Source of the DNA: Isurus oxyrinchus
Taxonomy: Eukaryota
Assembly (NCBI GenBank): GCA_026770705.1
Contig: JANJGN010000008.1
Coordinates: forward strand, 73,346,001-73,410,000
Length of the DNA: 64,000 nucleotides
Direction: 5' to 3'
The position numbers and the translations under genes were made by a program. Position 1 is the stretch's first letter. Each line of letters starts with the position of its first letter. This document shows positions 12,909 through 26,711 of the stretch, piece by piece. Below the pieces are notes generated by a model. That model worked only from the letters and a program-made list of their open reading frames with translations, was not told the origin of the DNA and did no database searches.

Positions 12909-14005
12909 GGGTGGAATTTTTCATCACTGCCAATGATCCCAACGCCTGGACTAGAAGCGAGAACTGCTGCTGTTTGGGTAAGGGCAGGCTGGCTGGCCCA
13001 TTAACTGCTGTCAGGTAGAGGAGACGTCCAGTAGGGAATTGTTAGCAGCATACGGTCCGCAGCTGGAAGTGCCGGTGCCATCTTTAAAGGCTACCAGCAC
13101 ACTGCTGAATAGCAGCAGCAGCCAAAAAGACTGAGGGAGACAGCAGAGAGCAGGCCTATGCAACAATGGCAGAGACAAAACCTTAGCTGGGCCTACAGTT
13201 TAGTGATGCCTCCTTGCAGATTCTCCTCCAGGATGATCTGGCAAAGTGGGAGGTCCTCTTCCCCAGGACAGGAGGAGGAGACCTGCTCGTTCAACATGGA
13301 TGGAGTTCACAGAGGAAGTCTGCAGCCATGGGATTGTCTTTTGAACCTGGCTGGAGTGCAGCAAGAGTGTGAATGACCTTATGAGATCTGCCAAGATGGG
13401 CGCACCACACATCGCTTTCCTTAGGGGCATACATGTGGCAATGTGTAAGCGATGGAATGGCTCCCGTGCTGGCATCCAAGCTCCAGTGTCACGTCCTCTA
13501 TGGGGGTCTGGATTAAGAGGTACAAGACATCACCACCGGTCTTCACCCTTCCTTGCGGGTCTTAGGCTGTCTTTTCCAGCAAGCACACAGATGGCCATTG
13601 TTAGTCATCCGTCAAAGTCTATGCTTCTGGTCTTCTGACAATCCATGAAAGTCCCATGGATATGCCTTCTGCATGCGACAACTCAAAAGCGGCAACGCAA
13701 GAATCACCTGAGATGGAATGGGGCCATTCACTGAAAGGCTGTCATCTCTGTGACACCAATGCTGTTGCCTGACCCCATTGCCAGTTACTTAATTGGCATT
13801 CTTTTCCTTTCAAGCTCAGATTGGCTGGAAGCTTTTGAAGGTGGGACTTCCTCCCCAGATAGGGGACGAAGGCCTGGCTCAGGCCAGTTAACTCTCCTTG
13901 GAGAACTAAATGGAAGCAGGGCAGCCTCCCAGAGCAGGGGCAAGTTTTATGGCGACTTCTTTATTGGTAGCAGGGTGGGAAACCCTGCCACCGTTAAAGT
14001 CCTCC
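12909..14005 (+). mobile_element. Non-autonomous Harbinger derivative carrying a Myb/SANT exon-1 remnant
   Basis: Starts GGGTGGAATTTT. 13190-13395 reads (frameshifted) FSDASLQILL..WEVLFP...RVNDLMRSAK, matching exon 1 at 43140-43383. Confidence 0.55.
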
Positions 14006-14411
14006 TCGAAGAGATGAGGATAAGTCTGAGAAAGGAGATGAGAGCCATAGGGCTAAAGAAGAATACGGGTTCGAGGTGATCAGTGAGGCAATTACAGAAA
14101 GAAGATGACACCTTTTTAAAACATTTTGACCATGAGAAATGCTGGAGGAAGCCAATTTGTACACTTATAATTCTGTTAGCTCTGTCCTGATAGTCTGGCT
14201 GGTTAAGGTTGGGAGTCACTGAACTGAATTGACAACAAAAGAGGAATTTTCCCAGTTCCTTGGAGGTTTGGAGGCAGGAGAGCCAGGAAAATGGCAAAAA
14301 AAAATGCAACAGGCCACTTCCCTCATTCAACCCTAAAAGCCCCATTGTTCAGTGCTGAAGTAGCTTATTGCTATGATTCACATAGTATCCCTGATAATGT
14401 GAGGATATCAT

Positions 14412-15127
14412 GGGCTGAATTTTCCTATTTGAATTGTAAGATCAATATGAGTCTGATTTCCTGGCTACGAGCTTTGATGCGTGTGTTGCTGGAAATGGGG
14501 TGGGATCTTCCTGAAGGAGGCCAGTTAAGAAGTCGCCCCCAGGAGTGCTGTCAATTAGTGTCAGTGCACTGCCTAAGGGCAAATGCCTTAAGTGAAGGGC
14601 AGCTAACAGAGTCAGTGTGAACACTTTACTGCTGAGGTGAATGGAGGAGAGGATAGTTTGAGATGGGACCTGCAGCAAATTCCTCGCACCCAGCACTATC
14701 CTGTGGATCAGCCTCCAGGTGACAAGCAAACAATTACAAACATCATCTTGAAGATGTCTTGTGAATTGCTAATTTTGTCCTTTAAAGTGACCACTGTATA
14801 TGAAACTCATCATGCTCCGACCTCCCAGTCTACTCTTGCCTCCTATGAGTAGTAGACAAGCTGAAGACAATGGGGATTCCATGTGCCTCCAACAAAATTC
14901 CAAAGCCTTACAAGAATGTCTGCTGTCTCCATCATTATCTGAATTGGCTTCCCGCCAAGAAAGTTGCTGTCACTGCGATGAAGCTGCCTGATTAATTTTT
15001 TTTGCTATTTTCCAAGTGCTCCCACTCCCAACCCACCCCCACAGCACTACCCCACCCCTGCCACCACACCCCCACCTCCCTATACCAACCTCTAAACTTA
15101 CCTTCAACATGATGGAAACATTCTGGC
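14412..15127. mobile_element. Non-autonomous Harbinger-type element
   Basis: Termini GGGCTGAATTTT ... AACATTCTGGCC; subterminal TTAAG palindromes; possible highly decayed transposase 5' sequence inside. Confidence 0.5.
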
Positions 15128-15881
15128 CATAAATGAGTGAATAACTTTCTAACACTAATTATCTATGTTTATGCAAAACACAAACAAATGGGCACTTTGA
15201 TGAGATATTGGATTATGGCTAGTACATACGGGGCCCATACCCCAACAAAAAATAAATGAGAACAAGAAGGTATTTGGAGCTGAGAGCTATGTTAGGAATG
15301 CATCATTTCTCTGTTTATGATGCTGATTAGCAGTTCCTCCCAGAACCAAAGGACAAAGCGGAGAGCTAGACACCTGAGTGCAACAAACTAATGTGAACAT
15401 AAGTTTGGCAGATGTTCACACATAAACAGGCTGCCCTGAGGAAATTCCTGCTGTAAGTGTTCCATAATTTGACCTTGGCTGTTAAAAGTGGCTCTGATTT
15501 TTGATTTTTAATGATGTTTCTTTTGTTACTGTTATAAATCTTCCTTGTCTTTTAAAAGTTTAGTAGAAAAATAAATCAGCCTAGAAAGTTGATCTCTGCT
15601 GCCAACAGATGCATAGGAGATGGAACACAGAAAATTCTCCAGTCAACACCTCCATCACCAATGGGAAGACCTCACTGGAGAGTCATGGCTGTGGTGTATT
15701 CCAACCTAGTAGAGAGGTTGCATAGGGTTTCTTAACACATCATCTTCTTTTTCTTCCTTACCTTGTATCTCATCCCAGACATTTTCCATGACAAACTGTA
15801 GGTGCCTTCACTGGCCACTTGCCTCCCACTCTTCTGCCTTAAAGCTGAAAACAAATGCTCTTCCCTATCTTTCATTTCAGT

Positions 15882-16560
15882 TGTTATTCCGACCGGGTGA
15901 GGAGACGTGAGTTGGCTTCCCTTTTATTCAACCCCCTCAGTTGGTTGTAGTAAAGGTTTTCTTTTAAATTTCTTTCCCCCGTAGATGCCTTTTCCAATCC
16001 AAATGCCTTTACCTTTTTTATAAGGAGCCAATCAGACCAGGTTTTCTAGAGTCAAAGGAAGAGTAAGTTTATTAGTTACTAAACATGAGAAAAAATAATA
16101 AAAGACAAGACGCACATGCACACTTAAATTACTGTCCAAACAAAAGTTAAAAGAACATACCAGTAAGCCCTTTGCTTGTCCGTGAGTCATAGATTCTTGA
16201 ACCTTGTCTTCCACAGAGGCTTTGAATGTCTGATGAGTATCAGATCAAGGTGCTGCACTTTGTATCTTTAATGTCTTTCTTTCAAGAGCACTCCTGACTG
16301 AAGTGGATCTTGACACTGCCACCACCCATGGGTGTGAAATTTCATGTAGCAGGTCTGCAGTGCAATTCATATAGAATTTCCAGAGAAGTGGTCTACTTTA
16401 CAGTATCGGCCATCAGAAGGCTCATGGCAGCCATCTTTTGATCAGTGTCTTTTTTTTTTAAACAAGTCCTCTTTAAATAGTTCAATATGTCTTTGGTTAG
16501 CTGATAAATTTAAAGGTAGATCTCACTCAGTCATCATGTCCACCATCATGGCATTGTTGA
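15882..16560 (-). mobile_element. Solo-LTR family copy (far end uncertain)
   Basis: TGTTAT..GGGTGAGGAG..TTGGCTTCCC is the reverse complement of the LTR 3' end at 3347 and 32457. Confidence 0.55.
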
Positions 16561-16589
16561 AGATTTGCAAATACCTCTTCCACTTTAGC

Positions 16590-17320
16590 AAGTGGAGTCT
16601 AGCCTTCCTGAAGATGAATCATCAATTGATCTGACCCCATCCAGCACTAGCTCAGAGACTGGCACCACACATACTATAGAGGGTAGGCTAGAGAAGAGGT
16701 TGTCAAATGGTGAATCACCAGGCATAAGCATACAGAATTTGGGCCACGGGGTAAGATGCCACAGTTGCCAGCCTGCTACATGTGCAGGAGATGCTAACCC
16801 TGATGTAGAGGGCTCAGAGGCTTAGATACTGACTTTGAGGGCCCATGCAACTGAAGAGAGCTGATAGATTTAACCTGGAAATAGAAGATGATTGGACTGC
16901 CTTCCAACAACCTTTCACACAGTAGTTCCATGGAATTCAGCTCCATCTTGTATCAAGGCTTTGCATGAAGCATGGAAACCAATCTATCCAGGATAGAATG
17001 AATAGTCAGCACCATGAAAAAATGTTGCCATCCACTATCGCTGAACTTCTTTTGCTGGTGCTGATGGCTTCAAAGGCAGCTAACACTGCTGCCATGGAAA
17101 CTCATACAGCTGCCACCTTGGCTGTGGGGTTCAGTATTAACAGGAGTCTCCGGAGCTTCTCATTGCTCCTGCACTTTGTTCTCACACACTCCTGTAGAAC
17201 TGTTGATGCACAATCCCAGAAGATTGAACTTGGTTCCAAGGGAGATGATACTGCCCTCTCTCAAAATGACAGCATGGCTGTTCCCCTGCGACCAACTTCA
17301 CCTGTGCCCTTGGCATAAAA
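16590..17320 (+). pseudogene. Probable remnant of Harbinger Myb-like gene exon 3
   Basis: Follows a TTTAG acceptor. The S/T-rich ESSIDLTPSSTSSETGT...G.SPG resembles exon 3 of the Myb-like genes at 42643 and 57010. Confidence 0.4.
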
Positions 17321-19160
17321 CTCAATTGTTGACAGCTAACAATGGATGAGCTCTAGTAAAAAAAATTTCTCAGTTTAAGAATTAAGCTTTATAATTCAGA
17401 AAACAGGACAGATGTTAAGCAACAGCTTAAAAGGACAAACCAGTAACTAACCTGTAGGTAGTGGATGAAACATTTCAGTAGCTCTGCTGAAGAGTCTTTC
17501 CTGCCTGTTAGCATTACGAGATGCTAAGGAAGTTCATCATGCCACAATTCAGGCATTGGGGAGATCAGTATCACAAAATGGTCCTACTGCAAGCGTAGGA
17601 CCTTTACTAAGTAATTGAATCATCAATTCATATACTTCTGCCATGTGCCCTGGACATCTATGGAGCAGTCCAGCATGCCAGGCGATGCACTTTCAATTTG
17701 GAATGCGCACATGAGCCAACTTAGATGCCCCTTTTGCATCCGAAACACAGGCACGAGGCAATCAAACTTATTCTGGAAATAAAGTCACGCCGAATGTGTT
17801 GCTTTAATATTCTTTGCTGGTGGAAATGCAGTGTGAACATTTAGTGCTGCTACACAAGCAGATTGAACAAACAGTAAATTGTCTAATGTAGGTGTTAGAA
17901 AGCAAACAGCTCCATCCATAAAGCACGTCAGAGGCTCAACCTGTATAAGTTTGATTATTTAGCATTTAAGTGCACCATTCACATGTTATAAAACGTTACA
18001 GTGCTTTCTATGAATTAGCTTGTGGTGCAACATAACCCAGGCAGAAGACAGCATCTGTGAAGTGGAGCATTCTGAACATGGGAAGTGGAGTTAATGCACT
18101 CAACACATACCTCATCATCTGAATCAAGATTGAATGTGTGGCAGGTGAAATGTAGCACTCCTGATTCTCTTAGCTAATTACTGACACTTTGCATGAACTT
18201 GGAATTATTAAGATACTGAAAATGTTACATATTTTCAGCCTTTCTGCCGTTAAAAAATTTACATCATTATTGTTGCTGTTAAGTATTTCAAAAGTAATAA
18301 TGTAAAGTACTGTGAAGCATTTAGCAAGAATAAGGCATTTGAAATTTGAAACAGACATCCAAATAAAGCAAACTATAAAAGCTTTTTCAGCATCTAAAGC
18401 CTGAGTGTGTGAAGGATTACATTGAGACATAATTTGTCAGAATCAGATGTTTGTAGCCTGGGAATTTGACCATTTTATTGAATATTTGGTCAGCAAAATA
18501 CAAAACCTCATTAAAGCTGTTGACAATTGATTGGAAGATGTCATGAATGAGTGAAGTGCCGATTTGCACTACATCCATTCATTTTGCTGAGTTATGAGTC
18601 TCATCTGGAAGGTGGGAATTGGAGGCCAAGTCATAAAGGGAAGAGCACAAAAAGGCCAAGTAACCATCCAGGTATCCTTCCTGTATGTCGAAACAGGATA
18701 GCTCACACCACATCGACTACCCATCCTTTTCAGCTACAACTGGGAAAAGACATGAATAAAGGAAGAAAGTAAGCTGTAAATCCTAGAAATGTTTGTTCGT
18801 TAATCACTGTAACTCTACAGTGTGTGTCAGGGTTTCAATACCTCTCACGTAAATTCAAACACTGTACTTAACCTCAGGGCTCCTCAGAATTCAGCCTGCT
18901 GGTAGTTCCTTCCAAACTGAGTGGCCTCCAGCTTTCTTTCTTTTTCTTTCTTTTTGTTGCCTACACTTTTTGCTAGTTCACTACTCATTTCTCTGATCTT
19001 CCCCACAGATTCCTCAGTGCTGTAGTTAGCCTGAGAACTCAAATCCTGACAGGGATCAGTTTTAACTTCCTACGTCTGGTGGAAATCAGGTTGCAGGACA
19101 GGGAGGATACATGGTTAAAATTCAACAAAAGATTTACCCACTCCTTCTCTGCCCTTGGGT

Positions 19161-19442
19161 GACTTCAATTTTAACTCCCTAGGTTACTTTAAATTTTGAA
19201 GTGAATCTTGGATGATGTAATTGGCCTGATCTGTTATTTAAACTGAGACCTGAGTGGAAGACCATGACAAATTCCCAACCAGGCAAAACCTGCCATCAGC
19301 AATCAGGGACAGAAAATTGTCCCTGCCTTTGACTGCAAAATTGGTTAGCAGCACATAAAATGGTGTACCCTCCCTAGTATCATTGTTAGAAGAGTCAGCT
19401 GCTCGCTTTACCACATTCTCACCATAGAGTTAAAATTGAGGC
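19161..19442. mobile_element. Small MITE-like element
   Basis: Inverted termini GACTTCAATTTTAACTC / GAGTTAAAATTGAGGC. Confidence 0.4.
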
Positions 19443-21255
19443 TGCAGATTGGAAGCCAATCATAGTGTCATGTACAATATTGAAGGCCCTATTGTTTTAT
19501 CTAATAGAGTGAATGAAACACTGAAATAAGAAATAGATTCCTCTTTGTTTTTATTGTGTACCTTTCCTTTGCTGGCATATTTATAAGAATGAAGGAAATT
19601 GTAAGCTGTAAATTGGCTGGAAGGTTTCATGCTGCTGTGCTCTGTCCAGTTACATACAAAGTACATTAAGAAAGTAACCCTATACAGCTTATTGGAATGA
19701 AAACATTTCTAAATCTCTTTCTGAATTCTGAATACTCTGAATTTAACTCTTGCAAACTGTTTGATTTGACTGGATGTGTGTTTTATTTCCTGTATATTAT
19801 CTATGTGTGCTTGAACTGATGAGGTGCATAAATTAAGTCCACCAGACACAGATACTGACAAGACTGTTCATCCAGCTTTTTTCAATACCAATTCCTTTCT
19901 TTCTCCTTAGACATATTTTTCATTTTCTACATATTGTTGTTTCTGAGCAAAATGAAGAGCAAATGTATAAAAGAAAAATACTGCAAATCCTGGAAATCTG
20001 AAATAAAGCTATTATATATAGCATAGCTAATTAATTAAAGGGGCTAATGTGAATGCTATCTGTAGGGAAAAAAATGCATCATCAAAACTCAATAAATATC
20101 ATGATTAAAATTGGGATTCTAATTGTACCAATTTTGAAAAGGGTCCATTTTATATCACATCTATTTGAATCAACAACAGTCACACATAAACAGGAATACT
20201 GACATACTTGTGGTTTACTATTTAAAGGCTTGATAAAGACTAATACTGAGGTAGAGCAAAAGTAATAAAATGAACCTTTTATTAATTTAAAAAAAGAACC
20301 TTTAAAATGTTGAAAGTTGCTGCGATCATTCTTGTCATCTCTGTGAAATAGTGAATATACCAGTAACATAATACAGTCAAACAACATCTTGTCATACCAT
20401 GATGTGGTGCCATATCTGTGTCAGCACTGTCATCATAATGTTTACATGTCTGCTTTTCCTGTCCTGTAATGTAAGCATATTGAAAGACTATAAGCCTAAG
20501 GGAAACTTGCTTCAATAAAAAGAGTGTTTGTAGGTAGGTCTCCTGTGAAGTAGTAGATGCATCCTTGGGGGCTGCTAATAGCTGGAGTGCCACCTGCAGC
20601 TTCAGCTGATTTGTTAACCACCCATTTTTATTAGAATAAATTTGTTCAATAAAATGTGACTCTTGCTCCTTAAAATTGAAATGAAGTATGGCTTGGTAGC
20701 AAAAAAACAACAGTTTAATTTCTGTTGTTAAAATGTTTAATTTGCATAGTTGTGTTTAGCGTTCCATTGAGCAGCTTTACTTCCCACTGGTGGTAAATTA
20801 ATACATATAAAATACCCTGAGGTCTGGTAGTGCTTATCTGGTAAATGGAGTTAATTGACCAATACTTAACCACCCAAATAGCCTTAATAGCCACAGATTG
20901 GATGATTTTCCCTAATGCTTTATAACTCAAGACACTGGGGTCATTAACTGGAAACTACATTCCATTGTTCCTTAATAGCTAAAAAACGAGAAATTATAGC
21001 ACATAAGAGTTTCTGTTATACAATGAGGAATAATTTAAATGTGCTGGGTGCTATTTCATTCTACTTCATGGTAACTTTCAGATAAGTGGGTATGTCACAT
21101 TTAGATTTCAATGTACATTTTGTATATTTGAGGGGCAATTGAGTTGAGGTCTTTAAAATAATAAAGTCAATGGGCTAGATACGGGAATCTATTTCCTCTG
21201 GTGGGGGAACCCACAGCATGGTGGCAAAATCTTAAAATTAGAGCTAGGACACTTA

Positions 21256-22410
21256 GGAATAGCTCCAGTGGGGGGAATGTAGTGGAGGCAACAGTGGTCG
21301 CGGCCACTGGCTGGGGAGCTGGTAAGACCCCAGGGTTGCCTTTTTTCGAGAGGGCCTGCTGCATCTTGTGTCTCTCAGGCACTTAACAGGCCAGCAAAAG
21401 GCATTCCTTGGGTCAAGGACATCGGGAGCAGAAGACTGGGCAGCTCTTCTGTACTTGCAGTGCCACTGCTGTTGGTATCCCACAACTGAGACCTTGGATT
21501 AATGAAGGATGCAGGCACAGGTGAGTGATGGCAGAAACAGGGTCACGGGGTGGGGATTACAGGGGAAATGGGAGGAGTGGAGTCAACAGCAAGGACAGGG
21601 GCTGGGTCTCAGAAGGCTCCTCCCTTCCTAGTGGCAGATCTCTCAATCAGGAGCAGAGTGCCTTTTTTTAATATTCGTTCGTGGGATGTAGGCATTGCTG
21701 GCTAGGCCAGCATTTGTTGCTCATCCCTAATAGCCCTTGAGAGGTGGTGCTGAACTGCTTTCTTGAACTGCTGCAGACCATATGGTGTAGGTACACCCAC
21801 AGTGCTGTTAGGGAGGGAGTTCCAGGATTTTACCCAGTGACAGTGAAGGAAGAGCAATATAATTCCAAGTCAGGATAGTGTGTGACTTGGAAGAACCTTG
21901 CAGGTGGTGATGTTCCCATTCATCTGCTGCCCTTGTCCTATTAGGTGGTAGAGGTCACAGGTTTGGAAGGTGCTGTCGAAGGAGACTTGGTGAGTTGCTG
22001 CAGTGCATTTTGTAGGTGGTACACACTGCTGCCATGGTGAGTTGGTGGTGAAGGGAATGAATGTTCATTGTGGTGGATGGGGTACTATCAAGGCACGAGG
22101 GACCCCCGGGAGTCTATAAGCAACATTGCAGCATTTGCTTGTTGTGTTGCCCACATGGTGAGCCCTGTGCCTACCTCTGGGTTAATATTGGCAGCAGTGG
22201 GATGAGGTCCTTAAGTGGGTTTTAATTAACCACTTAAAGCCCTCAATTGGTGGGGGCCAGGAAGGCTGTCCATGGGTTTTCTCACCATGGATTTAATTGG
22301 GGCGGAAGTGGGAAGGTGGAGGTGTCCCCACCCAGCACCCTCTCACCTGATTAAATGCCTCCTCCACCCCCCAACAGATTGTCTTGGGGGAGGGCACAAG
22401 ATTTCATCCC
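21256..22410. mobile_element. Harbinger-type MITE (left end eroded), itself interrupted by LINE B
   Basis: Homologous to 6691-7460 (CCTTAAGTGG..CCACTTAA palindrome at 22207-22240); ends AAGATTTCATCCC. Confidence 0.55.
21663..22092 (-). mobile_element. CR1-clade LINE family B 3' fragment
   Basis: Reverse complement of the 10400-10825 region, with poly(T) at the left end. Confidence 0.85.
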
Positions 22411-22967
22411 AGGAAGTACATTTTCCACACAGTCGTGGAAATCTTGAACTCTTTCATTCCAAATGGCTTTGGACACTGAATCAATTGAAAAATTCCAGAC
22501 TGGGATTGATAGATTTTTGTCCAGTAAAGGTATCAAGGTTTCTGGAGCAAAGGTAAGTAAATGAAATTGAGGTTCAGATCAGCCATGATCTCATTCAATG
22601 GCTGAACAGGCCTGAGGGTCAGAATGGTCTTCTCCTGTTCCAACCTTCATTTGTGCTTACATTATGATCTAATTTCAAATGGTTAAAGGGAAAAAAGCTT
22701 CATAAGCTGGAATCAAAACAATACCTGCAGAACAGCAAAACATTCGAACAGGAAAAATAGAATATCTGAATGCCAGTTAAATTTTAGTAGAATGAGTCTT
22801 CAAGAATTGTAATGAAGCCACTATCAAATCATCCATGAATCATGCAAATCTTATAGATCCATGATCTGCACAGTAGAGTAGGTTTCTTTCATCCTGAGAC
22901 ATGTATGTCAGAAAATACTTTTATGCTTTAAGTAGCAATATGTACTATTATTAAAGACTGGAACATA

Positions 22968-24044
22968 GGCTGGATTTTTGCTTCTGAGGCAGTGCTGCAA
23001 TTGGAAGACTTGCCACTGTGGAAAGTACTCCATCAGGCTCAATATTCAGATTTTCAGTTTCGGGGGTGGGGGTTGGGGTAGGGTTGGGCCTGCTGCCCCT
23101 GGAAACAGGTCAGAGGCAGCCACCAGGGTGGCCAAGTGTTGAGGTGGGCTGTTTAAAAGGTCTGCCTCTGCTGTCTTGGACTTTATCCCAGTTGTTTGTT
23201 TATATTTTAGGCCTTCTAGCCCTCACCCTTTACATTTCCTCACACTCCCATCCACTCCCCATGCCAACTTTATACCTCCAATGGCCTCTTATACCCTCTA
23301 TGCCAATTCATGCCCACACCCACTTCCAATGTCCCCTCATACCATTCATGCCAACTCATGGCATTTCAATGCCCATTTACCCAGAATACACTCTGTACAG
23401 AACCAATGAACACAGAGTAACAAAGGCATGTGTGGAACCCCTTAAAAAAATTCATGTTTCTTTAAAAAAAAACTGCTACAACCTTTTAATAGTGTATGTC
23501 AACCAGACCTTTAAAGTAGCAGTAATAGAAGCTATAAGCACTTTTCCGTTGTGCAAATAACCATTGTGCTATTGAAAAAAGAGACCACAGATAAATAGCT
23601 TACTATAGCATCATAAAGGTGTCAATCAGGCAGAGTTTTCCCTTCTCCCCAGCCATGTCAATAGAGGTAATCATTTTATAGGAGTCTGGGTTCTCAGTCA
23701 AGCCCCATTATGAATGAATTAGCCTGGAGGGGGCATGAGGTGCATGGGTATGCATTTTGGTCTCACCTTTCAAAAAGTTCCCTATGGTTCATAACTCCTC
23801 TGAGGGGCTGTGAACCATGAGTCATGGAGAAGCTAGCCCAACTCCATGAAAATTGCGGGGAAGATGTCTACCCCGTACAATGGAAACAGCCAGATCAGGG
23901 TGCAGGATGCGGGCTCTCCAAATGCACCCTCACCCCATGCCACAGAAAAATGGGGTGCCAGGAATGGGGCGGAATCTGAAGGTGGATCCATCCCACTATT
24001 TTTAAATGGCCCCAGAATCCTTAGAACTCCATGAAAATCTAGCC
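22968..24044. mobile_element. Non-autonomous Harbinger-type element with 3-bp TSD
   Basis: TIRs GGCTGGATTTT / AAAATCTAGCC flanked by ATA/ATA. Confidence 0.6.
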
Positions 24045-24512
24045 ATATGCCTTTGTCCATGGCTTAGACAATCTGTGATTGTTATAATGTTATTCTAATT
24101 TTCCCATTTAAGAATAATCAGTATGGGATGGTAATAATTGTAACTGTGTGATTATTCACAAATGGTTCTGCTTGAAGTTAGCCAAAAGTACATGCTCAAT
24201 GAAACAGATCTAGAATTATTATTGTGCTATGAGGATAATAAGTTTGTTTCAAAATGAGTGACGGAATGCTTTGCACAATTGTCATTTGAAAATGTTGTAA
24301 TTATTTAGGATTGAGTTACAGGTACCTGACCAATTACAAGATTAATACACAAACTGCCCAGGATAACGTACACACATAAATACTAATGACAATCAACAGT
24401 TACTCATGAGCAACAAGAGAGATGAAGTGGCAGGCTCATGAGTTTAAGTATAAACTAATTAATTCAGAGAAATTTGTTTCAAATTAATGGGGATTTTAAA
24501 GGCAATGACTAA

Positions 24513-26122
24513 TGTTACGGACAAGTAAGAAGGGGTCGAATGGCTCCCCTCTTTTTCCTTTCCTCATTTGACCTCATCAAGTTTATATTTATATTTGCCA
24601 ATTCCATGATAGTTTTCCTGTTTACATGCTGTGACCATAAAAGACAGGATCAGACAGGTTTCCTTGAGTTTTGAAAAAGAAAACAGGATCGTTTCTATTG
24701 TGGTTAACCAGGTCTAAGCAAAAAAAAAAACACTCTGACTTTCTCACATGCAACTAAGGCCACCCAATGTGAGATGCGCACTGCAGCGCTCAGTGTTGCT
24801 TGTGTTGGGGGGGGGTGGGACAGTGGAGGAAGGCAAACAGGGAACCTCGTACATGTGACAGATGCGCGCAGGAAAAGTTCCCCCAGGCACAGAGCTGCCT
24901 CAGGGAGATGAAGAGTTTAAGGATTAAAAATAAAGAATTGTAAATTGTTAAAAAACATATCCCCTCACATGAGCAGGGACATGTTATTAATGAAATGTTA
25001 ACATTTTTATTTAACTTTTAATAGCTGTTGGAAACCTAATCTCTCCCATGGATGAGGTTTCCTAAAAAACCCAAAGGCCGCTTGGCCTTTTTGCCTGCCT
25101 GCCAACAGTAAGGTTGGATGGATAGTGAAAAATTTAATTCAATTATTACATTAATGGCCGTAATGGGCCTTTTAATTGTTGGAGGGCGTGCTGACGACTC
25201 CCATGTGCACCTGCCGACCGACATATCGTGCGAGGGTGCGATGATGTCAGAATGCTCGCCTGACATCATCGTCGTCATTTTACGCTTGTTTGGGCTGGGT
25301 GCACGCCTGTCCGACGAGCAAAAAATTCTGGCCTTGAAGTTGACATATAATGTAATAGTTTACAGTGAGGGGAGGATAGATTAAGTAAGTTAGAGGTCAG
25401 TGAAATTGAAGGGGTACACAACTCTTGAAGGTTGGTGACTCGGCTGGCTTCAGGCTGAACTCAGTGGCTCTGCTGCTTTCTCTGTTTTTCAGTTGAGTTC
25501 TTTTTAAAATCTCTGTGTTCAGCACCTCGATCTTCAAAATCAGCAGATAGGGTTGAAAACTTGCAAGTTGAATGGAAGAGAGAAAGAGAGAGAGGGGGAA
25601 GGAACCCACTCAGGATCTTGTTCCTTTAGCATCTCAGTTACTTCTCCAGCCTACAGAGAAAACAGGTGCTTAAACACACACAGGATTAGTTTGTCACATT
25701 ACCTTCTCTCTTCAACTGCCCAGTGATAGAAATATGGTTGTGACATGTATTCCAGTTACCTTGATTAGATTATGGCTGGGAATTTATCTCTCAGCCAGTG
25801 CTGATTGTCCAGATGATTATGTCTAATGGTATGCCTCCACCCAGTTGAGTACCAGATGATTACCTGGGCACTTTGCTAATGGGAAGGGAGATGGTTCCCA
25901 TTCATCTCTTTCAAGAAAATAGTTCCTGCTGCGGCTATGCAGACAGGTTGTCTCCATTTCATTAGTTTTGGAATGCTGAAATTAGTGATGCAAATATGCA
26001 GCCATCTTTCACTATGATCCTAAATCACTGGAATGTGGCTTTAGTCTTTAGAAAAAACAGTTAGTGCTTTCCAGCTAGTAAATTCAAAAATAATTTTTCG
26101 ATGAAAAGCATGGTTTGTAACT
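24513..26122 (-). mobile_element. Solo LTR with perfect 4-bp TSD (CTAA), interrupted by a Harbinger derivative
   Basis: CTAA|TGTTAC...AAAGCATGGTTTGTAACT|CTAA; both ends match the reverse complement of the ends of the 2253-3347 LTR. Confidence 0.75.
24750..25333 (-). mobile_element. Non-autonomous Harbinger fragment nested in LTR
   Basis: Ends AAAATTCTGGCC; reverse complement of 25080-25333 is homologous to the left end of the 49526 element. Left boundary approximate. Confidence 0.6.
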
Positions 26123-26711
26123 CTAATTAAAGATTCTGCTATTGGCCTATGACAAAATATACAGCATTATTATTAATGTCTTGTGATGCATTCACACGTA
26201 TGTTTAACATTGACACAAAGCAGCTTTGCTGTGTACTGATACTGCAGTTGTAGTGCAATTGCAATCTGAATCTGAAGTTGGGATCTAACCTGACACTAGA
26301 AGCAACTGGAGTGAGAGTCGTTGAGGGGAAAAGCTCATTCCTTCTTATTTCAGAGGCAGAAGAGGTCTTGACACATGATTTATACTGAACAAATTTAGTA
26401 TGAATATGGAACTGTTTTGCACCAATGTCAATTTTATGATGTAAATGTGGAGCTGACCTGAAAATGAAATGTTAATCCATAAAATGTTGGCTGGTTCAGA
26501 GAAATTCCCATGTACCAACACTGGACAATTTTGCAGACTACTGGTTCAGAAATAAACATTGATGTTACAGCTATAAAAGTTACTCAATTGTCAGGAGCAG
26601 CGGAATTATAATCATTTTAACAGTAAATGGTAAAATAAATCAAATTAACAATGTGAAATATAGTTTTAAATGGGTTAATGTTTATTAAAATAAGAGGCAT
26701 TTTGCTCAAAC

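Larger units (their letters stand above)
21170..22645 (+). mobile_element. CR1 family A 3' fragment split by nested insertions (CR1 parts ~21170-21255 and 22411-22645)
   Basis: CR1 sequence ...AAAATTAGAGCTAGG stops at ~21255 and resumes at 22411 (AGGAAGTACATTTTCCACACAG...GATCAGCCATGATCTCATTCAATGG). Confidence 0.65.

Noticed and set aside
17452-17525. Minus-strand exon candidate (HLVMLTGRKDSSAELLKCFIHYLQ)
   Set aside because: Weak acceptor, and a similar sequence near 9890-9960 suggests a decayed repeat.
23018-23560. 180-aa ORF
   Set aside because: Low-complexity sequence within a non-autonomous transposon; no recognisable domain.
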